A DNA stretch of 33,216 nt from an uncultured Actinomycetes bacterium (GTDB lineage Bacteria > Actinomycetota > Thermoleophilia > Gaiellales > F1-60-MAGs149): assembly GCA_903960645.1 (NCBI GenBank), contig CAJCBN010000034.1, positions 1-33,216 on the forward strand. The letters are read 5' to 3'. The notes beneath the pieces were generated by a model. The model saw nothing but the letters and a program-made list of their open reading frames with translations, made no database searches and was not told the DNA's origin. The position numbers and the translations under genes were made by a program. This document shows positions 31,253-33,216 of this stretch, piece after piece. How positions within the stretch are numbered: position 1 is the first letter of the stretch; each line of letters opens with the position of its first letter.

Positions 31253-31288
31253 GGCGGACATGACAAACCGGGGTTTGTCATCTCCGCC
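31253..31288 (-). terminator. GGCGGA-box hairpin 24 nt downstream of the glyA stop (ggcgga c atgacaaacc gg ggtttgtcat c tccgcc)
   Basis: 16 of 17 arm positions pair. It resembles a degenerate member of the palindromic repeat family and has a GGTACC 10 nt to its left (31238-31243), as at 2440-2450 and 2530-2537. No U-tract follows. Confidence 0.4.
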
Positions 31289-31311
31289 CGACCCCGCGCG
31301 GTCTCCGCCGC

Positions 31312-32607
<1,296 letters not shown>

Positions 32608-32620
32608 GCGGCGGAGTGTA

Positions 32621-32727
32621 CGCGGGGTACGGGTTCCGGCAAGCATCACCAGCGCCGGTCAATCCCCTGACGCAGTGTGCATCCCGCACATGGCGCTGGT
32701 GATGCTTGCCGGAACCCGTACCCCGCG
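32621..32727. repeat. Perfect 36-bp inverted repeat (32621-32656 and 32692-32727) with a 35-nt loop; foldback element 13 nt upstream of the glyA ATG
   Basis: The left arm is cgcggggtacgggttccggcaagcatcaccagcgcc. The right arm, ggcgctggtgatgcttgccggaacccgtaccccgcg, is its exact reverse complement. Confidence 0.9.
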
Positions 32728-32835
32728 TGCGACAAAGGGGTCAGACCCTTTCGTCGCATGGCTGCCCGTATCGATCCTCGGAGTAGCGGCACATCGGCAG
32801 CCATGCGACGAAAGGGTCTGACCCCTTTGTCGCAC
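32727..32835. repeat. REPIN-like doublet: perfect 40-bp inverted repeat (32727-32766 and 32796-32835) with a 29-nt spacer; each arm contains one copy of the GGGTC(A/T)GACCC palindromic unit
   Basis: The left arm is gtgcgacaaaggggtcagaccctttcgtcgcatggctgcc. The right arm, ggcagccatgcgacgaaagggtctgacccctttgtcgcac, is its exact reverse complement. Confidence 0.9.
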
Positions 32836-32951
32836 GCTCTCCCCCTCCACGCGCCGCCCCACAGGGGACCACGGGTCGCGACGGGCACGAGCAACCGCCT
32901 CGGCCGAACAGTGGGCGATGAGAGCTGCAGCCCCACCGCACGGAACGAGAC

Positions 32952-33216
32952 TCAGCCCAGCCGCCCCGCCACGACCCGATCCACCCCCGCCAGATCGCGG
33001 TGGAACGCGACCTCGCCGAAGCCGGCCGCCTCGAGCAACTCCCGTACCGCCGCCGCCTGCTCATCCGAGTTCTCCAGCACGATCATCCCGCCCGGGTTGA
33101 GCAGCGCCGGCGCGTCCGCCACGAGCCGGCGGATCAGCTCGAGCCCATCGGGACCGGCATAGAGCGCGAGGTGCGGCTCGTGTCGCACGACGCCTGCCTC
33201 GGTGCGCGGATCGCCG
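32952..33216 (-). CDS. prmC: Release-factor glutamine methyltransferase PrmC/HemK, 3' portion; the gene starts beyond the right window edge
   Basis: The C-terminal sequence EPHLALYAGPDGLELIRRLVADAPALLNPGGMIVLENSDEQAAAVRELL is typical of HemK-family methyltransferases. The frame stays open to position 33216. The NPPY motif would lie outside the window. Confidence 0.75.
   Translation of the reverse strand, partial: GDPRTEAGVVRHEPHLALYAGPDGLELIRRLVADAPALLNPGGMIVLENSDEQAAAVRELLEAAGFGEVAFHRDLAGVDRVVAGRLG

Noticed and set aside
32646-32649. Upstream in-frame ATG-ATG as the true glyA start (445-aa version in the ORF track)
   Set aside because: These codons lie inside the left arm of a perfect inverted repeat, and the other arm is plainly non-coding. 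The extra [14 protein letters not shown] has no counterpart in the SHMT N-termini I know. ATG 32607 (MAINDLSL...) is preferred, although it lacks an obvious SD.
32608-32951. Riboswitch (ZTP/pfl, THF, glycine) or T-box in the structured glyA upstream region
   Set aside because: The strong secondary structure is fully explained by two perfect foldback repeats, parts of which recur at unrelated loci in the window. I could not match the ZTP (GGGUCGUGAC...CCGCCUGGGCA-like) or other riboswitch consensus by eye. An Rfam scan would be decisive.

Overview
High-GC (roughly 70%) chromosomal core segment with actinobacterial-type gene content and synteny. The lineage is a guess and cannot be verified here. 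Nearly all real genes are on the minus strand, and the long plus-strand ORFs in the track are antisense shadows. Right to left on the minus strand: prmC (partial), glyA, a WecA/MraY-family transferase, then the F1Fo ATP synthase operon atpZ-atpI-atpB-atpE-atpF-atpH-atpA-atpG. A five-gene Opp/Dpp-type peptide ABC importer plus a small membrane ORF follow, and only then atpD-atpC. Further left are a secreted Ala-rich hypothetical protein, metK, priA, frr, uppS, cdsA, dxr, rseP, ispG, a small coupled ORF, a gluzincin peptidase and dnaE (partial). Two plus-strand genes lie at 2.5-3.6 kb: a short mycobacterial-type ArgA-like GNAT and an SRPBCC protein. I found no rRNA, tRNA, CRISPR array, transposase or integrase. 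Four things stand out. (1) The atp operon is split between gamma and beta by a 6.6-kb transporter cluster. (2) A family of intergenic palindromic, REP/REPIN-like repeats (33-bp palindrome, core GGGGTCWGACCCC, plus degenerate GGCGGA-box hairpins) occurs at 5-6 loci, some as perfect 36-40-bp inverted doublets. (3) One repeat sits in a tandem duplication that copies the first 46 nt of the argA-like gene and creates a 23-codon upstream ORF. (4) A relic 3' end of an SRPBCC paralogue lies in frame just after the argA-like stop. All protein family calls come from reading motifs by eye; no database search was possible.
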